From positions 1 through 50,644 of the IMG/VR virus record IMGVR_UViG_3300027868_000001: 50,644 bases of DNA; one strand, given 5' to 3'. Made by a program: the position numbers and the translations under genes. The DNA comes from a virus. Below are positions 34,589-44,208 of this stretch, piece after piece (within the stretch, counting starts at the first letter, position 1; every line of letters begins with the position of its first letter). The notes below the pieces were generated by a model. It searched no databases. It had not been told where the DNA came from and worked only from the letters and a program-made list of their open reading frames with translations.

Positions 34589-35476
34589 CTATCGATTGGC
34601 TAATCGGTCACGCTTATCGAGAAGATCTTCGTATTCATCTTGCATCGATTGATCTCGGTCGTAAGCATCACGATCTGTTTTCATTGTTTGCTCGATCTCA
34701 TTAATACGAGATTCAAGCCCTTTCTGACCGCTCTCTCCACCAGGGAGAATAACGGTTGCTGCTGGGTTTAACTGCTTAGCAAGGTCTATGGCCCAACGAA
34801 CCACTTGGTCATTGTTGCCAATAGGCAGACCATCGCTACCAATTGCTCCCATCAGTACATCTTTAATTTCTGGATGATTGACGTATAACTCATTCATCGC
34901 GTTGATATTACCGTCGAATTCTGGCCCATATTCTGCCTTAAGTAAAGCTAAAGTTTCATGACGACCATCAGCCACTTTCTGGTTGTATTCTTCCTCTCCT
35001 TTCACTTGGTCTTCTAGATACCAGCGTACTGCTTCTTTGGCATGAGCTTCTGGCATATTCTTAGAGTGAGCAAACTCTAAAAACCCATCCACTAAAGGTT
35101 TATCCGTTTCCCCAATAACCAGACCGTCATCAAAGTCTAAATTGTAGTCTTTCGCCGTTGCGGGAATACCTTCTTGCTTTCGGTACTCCTCCATCTTGTT
35201 GTCTGGCATTTCAGCATCAAATTCAATCCGTGCAGCCGGACGATTGGAAAACTCACTTTCCATGCTGCGAAAGGATTTATAAATCTCGTTAACTGAACTG
35301 AAGCGCCCTAATCTCTCTAACTCTTTGGAGTCATCACCAGCAAGATCATTACGCCAAGTATCGGGCCATGTTTGCGGGGCCGCGACAGGTGTAATTGTGT
35401 CTCCACTTAAAATCGTGCCTTCAGTGCTGGCCGCAGGGGTTTGGTCTGGTGTTGCTTCGGGGGCTGCTTCACTCAT
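34589..35476 (-). CDS. scaffolding protein
   Basis: 295 aa, acidic and helical; lies between portal and capsid. Confidence 0.6.
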   Translation of the reverse strand: MSEAAPEATPDQTPAASTEGTILSGDTITPVAAPQTWPDTWRNDLAGDDSKELERLGRFSSVNEIYKSFRSMESEFSNRPAARIEFDAEMPDNKMEEYRKQEGIPATAKDYNLDFDDGLVIGETDKPLVDGFLEFAHSKNMPEAHAKEAVRWYLEDQVKGEEEYNQKVADGRHETLALLKAEYGPEFDGNINAMNELYVNHPEIKDVLMGAIGSDGLPIGNNDQVVRWAIDLAKQLNPAATVILPGGESGQKGLESRINEIEQTMKTDRDAYDRDQSMQDEYEDLLDKRDRLANR

Positions 35477-35757
35477 AAGTTGGTTCCTTTAATGTAATCC
35501 GAATCGGTAGCAATGCCTTTTAAAATCTTTCCAACGGCTTGGCGACCTAGCGCAAAACTTGTATCGCGGTCAGTCTCGAAATAGCCAATTTCCTCTATCT
35601 TGCATAAGTAATTAATAATAAAAAAATACGCTCTCTTTTGTTGCTGCTCATCAGCGTGGCCATTATACAACGCTTTGACCGCCAGTATATTGGCTTTGTG
35701 GTCTCGTTTAAAAACATCAATATTCGTCCAAAATCGAGTGGCCTTATCCCATATCAC
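35473..35757 (-). CDS. hypothetical protein
   Basis: 94-aa ORF, coupled to its neighbours. Confidence 0.6.
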   Translation of the reverse strand: MIWDKATRFWTNIDVFKRDHKANILAVKALYNGHADEQQQKRAYFFIINYLCKIEEIGYFETDRDTSFALGRQAVGKILKGIATDSDYIKGTNL

Positions 35758-37319
35758 TGCATAACCTCTTTAGCTTGTTGAGTCAGTTCTAGTTCTTGTG
35801 CCGCCTGCTGTTGTTGACGGGCTGCATTCTGTGAGGCCAATACTTGGTCTTCGTCATTCAACCAATCTACGCTAGCGCCTGTACCCAATACAGCATCACG
35901 AGAGGCTTTGTTTATATTAATATTGGAGACCGCCATAGGATCAATCTCTCTTGCTTGCGCCATGACCTGAACCACTTCATTGAAAAGATTAGCGTCTTTC
36001 TCCTCAATCGCTTTTGATAGAGGTGAAACAAACTTAAATTGCGGACTTTGACCTTGAAGACTTTGCGGGATATCTTGAACCGATCCAAAGGCACCGTGAC
36101 GAAACAAAATATCAAAGGTCAATTCCATGACCCCGCCTTCCATTTCCTGTTCTTTAGGCTCGAATATCGGAAGGATAGCCCTGATATATTCTTGGTAGCG
36201 AATACCGGCTTCATAAGCCGTCATTTCTTGGCCGCGAGGAAGGTCTAATTTATCCAGATAAAATGCTTTAGCCAACATAGCTTGGGTTCGATCGTTCATC
36301 TCCAAACCAAAACCAAGTCCAGACTTATCCGATTTGACCGGGGTCATTACTTCGCCCAATCGTCGGTCAAAGGTCGCACTAACCACTGTGACACCACCAG
36401 CCTGAAGATCCATGGAAGACTTCAATTGATCCTCCACTACGACCATAGGAGGGTCTACCGCACGCTGCCCAGCTTCTAAAAGAATTCGAGTGATGTCTTG
36501 ATACAATCGGCCATCGGGTAGGGCGCAAATTACAGCCGGAGAATAAGCGTATTGAGAATCACTGACTGTCACCCATCGTGGTAACACGTAGTACCCGTAG
36601 ACCATGGGCTTTTCTTCAATGACGTGCTCATGATCCATATCAATGTAATAAGACACATTCTTAGCCGGGTTATCGCAGTAATCCCCAGGAACAAATATGT
36701 GCATCACATTGGTTTCTTTGTTCTTGTTGTCGGATTTATTACAGTCAGGATGTAAAGCGTCTTTGCCAAAGTACTGTTGTAACTGCCAATTCGTAGGCTT
36801 CCACTTGCGCCAGAATCGATCAACTTTACCATCCCACCCTTCAGCCCAGGCCATGTCTCTAAGGTGCCAGTCTCTGTAAAATAATCCATCTCGACGCCTG
36901 TTTAATTCAACCGATATCGCGGCTTGGCCAAACGTAGCCCAATCATGATCGGCTTCCTTCATGGCGCGGACAAACCTGGATTGTGTGTTGTAAATAATCC
37001 TACGCTGAATATCAGTTTTTTGTTGCATCCACTGCTTAGCGGATTGATCTTCTCTGTCTTCGTCCTCTAAACCCATGTGAAACCATTTCTGACCTTGGGG
37101 GCGCGACATAGTTGATAAAGCGTTACCCAATTCTCTACGGGCAATCAATGGGTAGGAGGAATAGAGATAGGTACCGAACTCCTCACCAATAGTATGCTTT
37201 GCCGTGAAATTGGCTCTTTCTGGATAGAAGTTTTCAGCAATGTCTTGATGCAGAGAATCAACGATACTTTTCTTACTAAAAAGCGATGTCCCTTCATCCC
37301 TTAAATCACGCCACATCAT
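35754..37319 (-). CDS. portal (head-to-tail connector, T7 gp8-like)
   Basis: 521 aa; MTAYEAGIRYQEY...ILPIFE resembles gp8 VTAEEIRYVASEL...; Gln-rich C-terminus; lies downstream of TerL. Confidence 0.8.
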   Translation of the reverse strand: MMWRDLRDEGTSLFSKKSIVDSLHQDIAENFYPERANFTAKHTIGEEFGTYLYSSYPLIARRELGNALSTMSRPQGQKWFHMGLEDEDREDQSAKQWMQQKTDIQRRIIYNTQSRFVRAMKEADHDWATFGQAAISVELNRRRDGLFYRDWHLRDMAWAEGWDGKVDRFWRKWKPTNWQLQQYFGKDALHPDCNKSDNKNKETNVMHIFVPGDYCDNPAKNVSYYIDMDHEHVIEEKPMVYGYYVLPRWVTVSDSQYAYSPAVICALPDGRLYQDITRILLEAGQRAVDPPMVVVEDQLKSSMDLQAGGVTVVSATFDRRLGEVMTPVKSDKSGLGFGLEMNDRTQAMLAKAFYLDKLDLPRGQEMTAYEAGIRYQEYIRAILPIFEPKEQEMEGGVMELTFDILFRHGAFGSVQDIPQSLQGQSPQFKFVSPLSKAIEEKDANLFNEVVQVMAQAREIDPMAVSNININKASRDAVLGTGASVDWLNDEDQVLASQNAARQQQQAAQELELTQQAKEVMQ

Positions 37320-37627
37320 CCGCCAAGCCCTGTTAAGATAGTGGATTGACGACCTGTTCGTGATCGTCTTGATCGTCGTCTACGAGACTCATTAGCTTGT
37401 AATGCTTCGTCTGGAATAGGAAGAACGGGCTGTTCTTCAGGAACAGGAATTTCAGGAGTAAAGGCATCCCCAACATCTTCCACCGACTCATCTATGACCC
37501 GAAGAGGATTACTTATAAAAGATCCTCTAACCTCCTTCTTGGTTGACTTTGGGGTCAAAGGAGTGAACCTTTTCTTTAAAGTTTCTTTGCTTGTTATCTT
37601 TTTAAAAGTCTTTTTTATACCGGTCAT
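37316..37627 (-). CDS. hypothetical protein with Arg-rich C-terminus
   Basis: 103 aa; ...SRRRRSRRSRTGRQSTILTGLGG. Confidence 0.55.
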   Translation of the reverse strand: MTGIKKTFKKITSKETLKKRFTPLTPKSTKKEVRGSFISNPLRVIDESVEDVGDAFTPEIPVPEEQPVLPIPDEALQANESRRRRSRRSRTGRQSTILTGLGG

Positions 37628-37628
37628 C

Positions 37629-40118
37629 TTACCTCCGCTTACGCCATGCCTTGTTATTAACGATAGGCTTTTTATTACCAGACATACCGTTACGCCAGTC
37701 TTGAAATCTGTTTTCTATTTTATCCCCTTTTGACCAAGAATTCACCACCGCGTCACCTTCGTCAGGAGAGCGGCCTAAACGCTTGACTAAATCCTCTTTA
37801 GTCTCAAGGTGAACCACGTTGCCTTTGATCTTGTAAAGAGGGGCTGTTAGATCAGCAAACAGTCGTGTATCAGGCGGGAGCATTGCTTGTGAACCCCCAG
37901 GCTGCGTAGGATCTAGAAGCTCTCTGAAGCGCCAGTAAACCTTGGTTCTTTCATTGGCAAATTCATATAAAAACCTACATATGCTGCGCTCATTCGAACC
38001 GGTTGATCCCTTATGGGCATAAACCGGAATATTATTCTCTTCCAATTTGCCATAAGTGGCGCTCCCATATCCCCCGCCTGCATCAATAACGACAACCGCG
38101 TTATCTCGTCTGACCTCTAGGATCGGAGCAAGAAGATCAGTACCAATAGGCGTGTCCTTTCCAGGAATTTTTACAAGCTTGTCCCACCATCGATCATAAC
38201 GAGGAGCGATAATGTTCCAGTCTTCACCGCCTTGAGCTGGATCTACGCCAATAGCATTCATTGGTATTCCGCGAGGCGGTTGGTCTGTCCATCGATCTTG
38301 TGCGGCTTTCACCCATGCAGCAGGGATACATTGCATAGGATTGTCGCGTAATGTCCGCTTGAATAATCCTTCACGGTAGGCTTCACGTAACTGACTGGGC
38401 AAGGCGGATAGAACGGCATCATAATCCGTTTCAAGTAGATCAGGATTATCTACCAATGAAGCACGAATAAACGTTCTGCTTCGAGCTGTAAGCGTCTCGC
38501 CTTCGATCTCATAGTTACCAGGGCCAGCCACCTCCATGGACATATCGTTAGCATCTTGCACAAACCAACGTAACTCACCATCTTTAGCCGGATTGGAATG
38601 ATCAGGATCTAACCAAGGCGCCCAATATTCAATAACCCAAAGCCCTTCAGGATCAGTAGGAGGATTGCCGGTACAAATGACTCTCGATCGATGACCTTTA
38701 GCTGAACGGTTCCAAGCTTTGACAAACGCATACACAGAGTAGGGAAAGTCACAAATCTCATCAAAACCAATTAGGTCATGCGGTCTACCTTTGAAGCGCT
38801 GCTTGTCCTTCTCGTCCTTAATCCCGCGAAACTCTATCTTGCGGTCTTTGTCTTTGAATGTAAGTAATTGCCCATTCCATCCAACTTTAGGTTGTTCAAT
38901 CTCAAGGAATCTATCGGCTAAGTCTCTTGCGTCATCCTGGAAGCGCCGGAATATGATCGACTTTTCATGCTCTTCAATGGCCATTCCAAGCAATAATTCG
39001 CTCTTTCCGCCTCCAGCGCTGTTCCCTGTGATAAATATACAGCCATTATGGCGAGCCACCCAAAAGGTAGAAGGAACTCTAAAACAGTACATAAATAAAG
39101 CAGGTATTCGGTCAATCCTTACTGCGTCAACCCGTAGGGTAACGGTGGATTTTGGACTATTTAGATGGCTGATATAAACATTATGTAGCGCCGAGGCATT
39201 ACCGCAAGCAGGGGCTGTTCTTAATGTGGCGACTCTTCCACAAGCATGGGCGGCGTATTGAATAAAATCAGCGTCAATTTTATTGGTCGAACAAAACGAT
39301 ATATCGCCTCCATTCACACCAGAGTAGTTCCCGTCCCAATGAGACATTTCCTCAAGTATTATCTCTAGTTGATGTTGGTTTGCCCCCCACCATTCACCAA
39401 CAAATTGCTTGGTTAGGATGGGAGAATCAAACCCATATCTAATCTCAGTTGGGCGGTTCGGGTTCTTGTATATGTGAGGGTTAATATCAAGAGAGGAAAA
39501 CAGCGTTAATAATCTGTCTATTTTCCGTGTCTTTCTCAGAGATATACGGCAATGAGCACCGCCGTCTTTCTTCCTGTAAGTGAGATTACCGTCAGCATGA
39601 ATAGCTACTCCAATCCTGATTAAGTCATCAGACATAGGCAGCCCTTTATGAGGTACTGTAAAATTAACAGGGACTTTATGTCGAGAGGGGTTTTCGGCTA
39701 CATCACACGCTTTCTTAACTATAAAATTATCTCTATAATCATACAAAGGCATCCTATGATCATCGCTCAGCATCATTGATAGTCTAGAATGCTGGAAATG
39801 AATTAGTTCTTTGCAAGGATATTCAAGATATTCCGGGTCAACAAACCCAATCACACCATCTTTCCATTGGGCAATCGTCTCCCCGCTGTACTCAGAAATC
39901 TTCACCCATCCCTGTGGAGATAAGAATTCTGTATCCTCAGAAACACAACCTCCGAAAAACATCTCATCAGCCAATGAAGCCCGCGCCATCGTCTGAGGGC
40001 CAGGATTAGGCACCCATTTGCGATTCCCAATAACAGAAAGAGCCTGCTGATAGGCTGCATCTACCTGTTCTTTGGGTAGAGAATCGAACCTATCAACAAG
40101 CTCTGTGAGTGCGGACAT
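37629..40118 (-). CDS. terL: terminase large subunit, intein-containing
   Basis: Exteins read EMFFGG|SAGGGKSELLLG (Walker A) and LIGFDE (Walker B). Nuclease Asp motifs IGVDPAQGGED, VVIDAGGGYG and SPDEGDAV. 520 aa without the insert. Confidence 0.9.
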   Translation of the reverse strand: MSALTELVDRFDSLPKEQVDAAYQQALSVIGNRKWVPNPGPQTMARASLADEMFFGGCVSEDTEFLSPQGWVKISEYSGETIAQWKDGVIGFVDPEYLEYPCKELIHFQHSRLSMMLSDDHRMPLYDYRDNFIVKKACDVAENPSRHKVPVNFTVPHKGLPMSDDLIRIGVAIHADGNLTYRKKDGGAHCRISLRKTRKIDRLLTLFSSLDINPHIYKNPNRPTEIRYGFDSPILTKQFVGEWWGANQHQLEIILEEMSHWDGNYSGVNGGDISFCSTNKIDADFIQYAAHACGRVATLRTAPACGNASALHNVYISHLNSPKSTVTLRVDAVRIDRIPALFMYCFRVPSTFWVARHNGCIFITGNSAGGGKSELLLGMAIEEHEKSIIFRRFQDDARDLADRFLEIEQPKVGWNGQLLTFKDKDRKIEFRGIKDEKDKQRFKGRPHDLIGFDEICDFPYSVYAFVKAWNRSAKGHRSRVICTGNPPTDPEGLWVIEYWAPWLDPDHSNPAKDGELRWFVQDANDMSMEVAGPGNYEIEGETLTARSRTFIRASLVDNPDLLETDYDAVLSALPSQLREAYREGLFKRTLRDNPMQCIPAAWVKAAQDRWTDQPPRGIPMNAIGVDPAQGGEDWNIIAPRYDRWWDKLVKIPGKDTPIGTDLLAPILEVRRDNAVVVIDAGGGYGSATYGKLEENNIPVYAHKGSTGSNERSICRFLYEFANERTKVYWRFRELLDPTQPGGSQAMLPPDTRLFADLTAPLYKIKGNVVHLETKEDLVKRLGRSPDEGDAVVNSWSKGDKIENRFQDWRNGMSGNKKPIVNNKAWRKRR
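39021..39947 (-). mobile_element. intein (309 aa) with LAGLIDADG homing-endonuclease domain, inserted in the TerL P-loop
   Basis: Residues C58-N366. Block A CVSEDTEFL; block B MLSDDHRMP. DOD motifs LIRIGVAIHADGN (nt 39588-39623) and LEIILEEMSHWDGN (nt 39327-39368). Blocks F/G MYCFRV...FWVARHNGCIFITGN followed by the +1 Ser. Confidence 0.85.
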
Positions 40119-40378
40119 TATCCAGCTTCCTCGCCACTAATAATCATTGGTGGAAAAGCTTTAAGCTGGGCAAAATGATTAAAATCATCTATCAAATCAA
40201 GTTGATCTTCTTTGGAGAGATCAGTCAACCTAAAAAACTGACAACCGCTTCTAAAGTAAACAAAAACATCTCCACCTGTATCACACTGAATAGCTTCTAC
40301 ATCCGAAAGATTAAAAACACTCTTAAGCCCTTCTGTATTCAAGCAGTCCCAGATCAAAGAATGCTCTCTTTCTTCCAT
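40118..40378 (-). CDS. hypothetical protein
   Basis: 86-aa ORF abutting the terL start. Confidence 0.6.
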   Translation of the reverse strand: MEEREHSLIWDCLNTEGLKSVFNLSDVEAIQCDTGGDVFVYFRSGCQFFRLTDLSKEDQLDLIDDFNHFAQLKAFPPMIISGEEAG

Positions 40379-40515
40379 TTCAATACTCCTATTTTAATAA
40401 CTTAATTGAATATGCTTTTCAGCATCGCTCGTTTATCGTGGTTAAAACCCGTGATTCTGAGCACTTCACCCAAAATGATTTAAGCTAAACTATTGATTAA
40501 TATACTTATAACCAA

Positions 40516-40968
40516 TTAAGTATTAGCAAAGGCCGCTGTGTTAACTATGCGTCCAGTGGGTAATTTTACCCCAATGCTCACTGTTTCAGCACCGGTAGCG
40601 GTATCTGTCCAGGTTGCATCAAAGTCACCATCAGCCTCAGCGGTCGCGATAAAGTGCTTCTTTGCCAGGATAGCCAGTAATGCACCGTCTGTACCCGCTA
40701 CAAGTCCTGTAGTACCGCCTGTAGTCGCGTAAGCCGTTCTTGCTGAGCTGGTGTAGAGGTAGATATCAAACTGGGCTGTATAGTCGATATCATCGCCGTT
40801 CGTGTCTTTGAACTGCATTGTGATAGTTCTATCGTTGGAAGATTGATCACCTACCGTAATAGCTACGTCAGCAGCGGCTTGTGTTATCTCAATGTCTTTT
40901 GAAATCAGTTGATTGTTGTGGGCTATACCTAAACGTCGGCCCATTACGGAGCTAAGTGCATCAGTCAT
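40516..40968 (-). CDS. beta-rich virion-like protein between TerS and TerL
   Basis: 150 aa, Thr/Gly/Ala-rich, beta-sandwich-like composition. Confidence 0.5.
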   Translation of the reverse strand: MTDALSSVMGRRLGIAHNNQLISKDIEITQAAADVAITVGDQSSNDRTITMQFKDTNGDDIDYTAQFDIYLYTSSARTAYATTGGTTGLVAGTDGALLAILAKKHFIATAEADGDFDATWTDTATGAETVSIGVKLPTGRIVNTAAFANT

Positions 40969-40986
40969 ATTTTCACCTTATTCACG

Positions 40987-41505
40987 TCAAGTTTCTTCGG
41001 TTTCCTTTGATTGAGACCCTAACAATTCCAAGCTAAATAAGATCTTTCGTGCAATTTCTGTGTTTCCTAATTCTACATCATTTCCTTCTACGTCAGTAGT
41101 AGCCACCTTTGCAGGGGCATTCCAACCAATCATATCACCTAATTGTTTCTGAGCCTGAAGAGCAAGCTTGAGAATGTCTTTTGTGTCGCAATCAGAAGCC
41201 TCTAGCTCGCCTTTACCGAAATTGGCTATATCACCCCTACCTACATTAGATAGCTCCTCTAGGGACTCTCGTTTGGACATGACGGTACTTGAAAGCACTT
41301 CTTGGTCTACCGCGCTCATGAAAGTCTTTACATTAGTGTTTGCTAGTATTTGAGAAACACAAGCCCTTGCACTTTCTGGGGTCTTTGCATGTTTACCAGC
41401 CTCTTTGTAGGCCTGTTCTTGATTAAGACCATCGATAATTCCCATACAGACATTTTTCTGTAATCGAGTGAGTGGTTCATATAGGGCTTTAAGTTCAGGA
41501 GTCAT
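40987..41505 (-). CDS. terS: terminase small subunit
   Basis: LTRLQKNVCMGIIDGLNQEQAYKEAGKHAKTPESARACVSQILANTNVKTFM matches the Terminase_2-type HTH pattern. Confidence 0.75.
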   Translation of the reverse strand: MTPELKALYEPLTRLQKNVCMGIIDGLNQEQAYKEAGKHAKTPESARACVSQILANTNVKTFMSAVDQEVLSSTVMSKRESLEELSNVGRGDIANFGKGELEASDCDTKDILKLALQAQKQLGDMIGWNAPAKVATTDVEGNDVELGNTEIARKILFSLELLGSQSKETEET

Positions 41506-41603
41506 TCAATATTACCCAGCAATCTCTGAAACTCTTCGTCATTTTCGATGGGTTGAGCAGCGCCTAGTATTGCTGTGTTTTTAATCAAGTCTCGTCGTTT
41601 CAT
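41502..41603 (-). CDS. micro-ORF (33 aa) with twin-arginine-like N-terminus
   Basis: MKRRDLIKNTAILGAAQPIENDEEFQRLLGNIE; ATGA coupling at both ends. Confidence 0.35.
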   Translation of the reverse strand: MKRRDLIKNTAILGAAQPIENDEEFQRLLGNIE

Positions 41604-41668
41604 TTCTTAACCTTCTTCTTTTTCTTCTTGTTACCCGCATAAGTGGTTTGTGGTGCTGAAGTAGCCAT
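41600..41668 (-). CDS. micro-ORF (22 aa), Lys-rich
   Basis: MATSAPQTTYAGNKKKKKKVKK; SD AGGAG 6 nt upstream. Confidence 0.35.
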   Translation of the reverse strand: MATSAPQTTYAGNKKKKKKVKK

Positions 41669-41676
41669 GAGATCTC

Positions 41677-42315
41677 CTAAACATACACTAAGGTGGTTTT
41701 GTTTGTGCATCGACCGCTTAAATATCCTGCTAAAGTAGTCGGGTTGATGTCGTTTAACTTGGCAGCGCTGGCAATACTATCAAATCTCATCCCTGTGCTT
41801 GTGTCCATGACTTGAATGTCTCGACAAACACATTCTCCTGTCGCCTCGTAATTTAATACCTTTTTACGCAAGACTGATACAGTTTGGCCTACTGATTTAG
41901 TCGTGTAGCTTGTCTCATCGGCGCATTCTTTGGCCGTCAGGCCTTCCATATAATACAGCTTTAATAACTTTCTCTCTTTCTGAGTCAGAGGAGTTATAAG
42001 CTCATCGACCAATGTTTCCTCAAAGGCCGTGCCGTTAGCACAGCCCTCGTCTTTAATCTCTGTGTAGACAGGATACACCCTTTCACCGTCTTCTTCATAA
42101 ACACCCCAAGACTTAAGTAGCATTTTCCAAACACCACTAACAATATCTAAAGTAGCGTGATATCTAAAATAATCGTCATTAATATCTTTACGTTGGGTAA
42201 AAACCAGTAATAAGGTGCGGCCCTCTTGATACATGTCATCGTACATATCGAGATACTTGTTAAATCTCTTGTAAATAATACCCTTAACCAGGCTGTCTTG
42301 CTCTTCTTCTGTCAT
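41677..42315 (-). CDS. sigma-70-family (ECF-like) factor with extra C-terminal HTH
   Basis: Region-2-like DDMYQEGRTLLLVF. Region 4 LTQKERKLLKLYYMEGLTAKECADETSYTTKSVGQTVSVLRKKV. C-terminal FDSIASAAKLNDINPTTLAGYLSG is NUMOD1-like. Confidence 0.65.
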   Translation of the reverse strand: MTEEEQDSLVKGIIYKRFNKYLDMYDDMYQEGRTLLLVFTQRKDINDDYFRYHATLDIVSGVWKMLLKSWGVYEEDGERVYPVYTEIKDEGCANGTAFEETLVDELITPLTQKERKLLKLYYMEGLTAKECADETSYTTKSVGQTVSVLRKKVLNYEATGECVCRDIQVMDTSTGMRFDSIASAAKLNDINPTTLAGYLSGRCTNKTTLVYV

Positions 42316-43022
42316 TTTCTGATCTGCGCGGTATGGGTTAAATCTGTGATGACCTGACCACTTGCTCTTGCTCTATCTGTCTTCGCCATTCGGTCATAAG
42401 CTTGAATACAACCTTGGTGAGTGTAAATCATTTGCTTTAATTGCTCTATCTGGGCCTTGCTTTGATCAACTGCTTCTTGATGGGGCGCTTTTAGTGCCTC
42501 GAACTGAGTTTCGTTAAAAAGTTTATCACGAGACCCTCTATCAGCACGACCATACACGTAATTGCTTTGCATTAGAGGGGAGTTTTTGTGGATTTTTACG
42601 TCAAACTTACTTAATGCGTACCCTATCCAGGCATGAAGTGAAGGTTGTTGACAGAAGTATTCATCATCATCTATGGCCATGAAGACGCCATAAATCTCAA
42701 CAACCTCTACCGGCTCCTTGGTCTCATGCAGATAAAGCGCATAGGCCATCATGTAATCAAGCGTCGATTTGTAGAAATTACTGTTTAAATACCGAGGGAA
42801 AGTCTTAGCGTGTTTATGAGGGAAGTTCTTTTGGGTAACGGTCGGCACCCCATGTTTTTTAGGCGTTACCTTCTTGCCCTTTCGGGTTTCGTGGATTTCA
42901 AAATCTAACGTGACTCTGGAATATTTTGGAGTGTTCCAGTTCATACACCAAATTTCATAAGATTCATCATTAAATGGAGCTTCCATCTCCCCAGCCGCAG
43001 TCCCAATAAGGGCTATTTTCAT
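42312..43022 (-). CDS. hypothetical protein (N-terminal Rossmann-like MKIALIGTAAG)
   Basis: 236-aa ORF. Confidence 0.6.
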   Translation of the reverse strand: MKIALIGTAAGEMEAPFNDESYEIWCMNWNTPKYSRVTLDFEIHETRKGKKVTPKKHGVPTVTQKNFPHKHAKTFPRYLNSNFYKSTLDYMMAYALYLHETKEPVEVVEIYGVFMAIDDDEYFCQQPSLHAWIGYALSKFDVKIHKNSPLMQSNYVYGRADRGSRDKLFNETQFEALKAPHQEAVDQSKAQIEQLKQMIYTHQGCIQAYDRMAKTDRARASGQVITDLTHTAQIRK

Positions 43023-43025
43023 AAT

Positions 43026-43400
43026 TTATCCAAATACCATCCATAAAGTTGCAGTTTGTGAAGCCGCCGTGGCTCCGGTGATTGATATCGTAAGACCAGA
43101 CGGGTTAACCGCCTGATAATCCATCACAGTAGTAGATTCAACGCCTGTGGCAGAGTCATTAACAAAACGTCTGGGGGTGTATACTTTCTGGTCTGAGCTG
43201 CCAAAATTAGAAGTCAAAAATAAGGGCATACCCGTTAAGGTGTCGGTCACTGACAAGTCAGCCGCGCCCGACAGAGCAGCACCAGCCGCATCAGCCGCAT
43301 ACACGATATGCATTAACAAAGGCCCGGAAGCATCAGAGGCCCCAGTAAAAGCGCCCGATGCCGATGTGGTTACAACTACTCTTTCTGTTCTAATCTCCAT
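43026..43400 (-). CDS. beta-rich virion-like protein
   Basis: 124 aa, Ala/Thr/Ser/Gly-rich. Confidence 0.55.
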   Translation of the reverse strand: MEIRTERVVVTTSASGAFTGASDASGPLLMHIVYAADAAGAALSGAADLSVTDTLTGMPLFLTSNFGSSDQKVYTPRRFVNDSATGVESTTVMDYQAVNPSGLTISITGATAASQTATLWMVFG

Positions 43401-43449
43401 TAATCACCTCGTAATTATCAATAATCGACTCATCATAACTATACCCTCA

Positions 43450-44208
43450 TTATTGGATCATGGCATAAAAACCATCAAACCCCGCAACAACAACCATACC
43501 CGGAGCCGTTCCAGTTCCAACCATGGCAACATCGGAATTAGGGGGGACAATTAATGGATGCTCTCCATAAGGATGCTCGATAGGGCTGTCATCACCCGCC
43601 GACCCTTCAAACTTCAATTGAAAAACCTTGCCAAAATTACGCTCGAATAGCTTGATCCCAACCTTCCCGTTAGTCGATGCACCTAATGAGGCGTAAAGAT
43701 GGGTTATGCATAAATAACGATCTCCAGGAACATGAGCACAGGCTTTTTGAGTCTGGTTGATTTTACCCGAAGAAATCTTTAGATGCACTTTATCCAGATC
43801 GTCAGGAACACCATTCGTGATCGCGGAGTTTTCATAAAAATAAATATCACCAACAAAGTTGTCCGCATTACTGTTGCCTGCCCGGTCAGATCTAAAAATC
43901 GCCGTAGTCAATGGCATCCTTGTTTGACCCGCTAACGTAAACATCTGGTTAGCTCTAGTTGTAGTAGTGCCTGACACTGTGGCCCCAACTAAACCACCGT
44001 TTTGAGTATCCGCTGTAGAAGAGCTGGAAACTGAATCAATGGCGTTTGTAGTCGCATAGACCTCATCCTGGGTCAGCCCATTAATCTCTTGGGTAACACC
44101 ATTGCCCAGCGATGCAAGACCACCGAACTTTAATAGCCCGCCGACTACTTTAGTCTGCACCTTAAAGTCGTCGTATATCGTGTTCTGTGTGTGCTGATAA
44201 ATATCCAC
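43450..44208 (-). CDS. beta-rich virion-like protein (GTG start)
   Basis: 252-aa ORF. Confidence 0.6.
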   Translation of the reverse strand: MDIYQHTQNTIYDDFKVQTKVVGGLLKFGGLASLGNGVTQEINGLTQDEVYATTNAIDSVSSSSTADTQNGGLVGATVSGTTTTRANQMFTLAGQTRMPLTTAIFRSDRAGNSNADNFVGDIYFYENSAITNGVPDDLDKVHLKISSGKINQTQKACAHVPGDRYLCITHLYASLGASTNGKVGIKLFERNFGKVFQLKFEGSAGDDSPIEHPYGEHPLIVPPNSDVAMVGTGTAPGMVVVAGFDGFYAMIQ

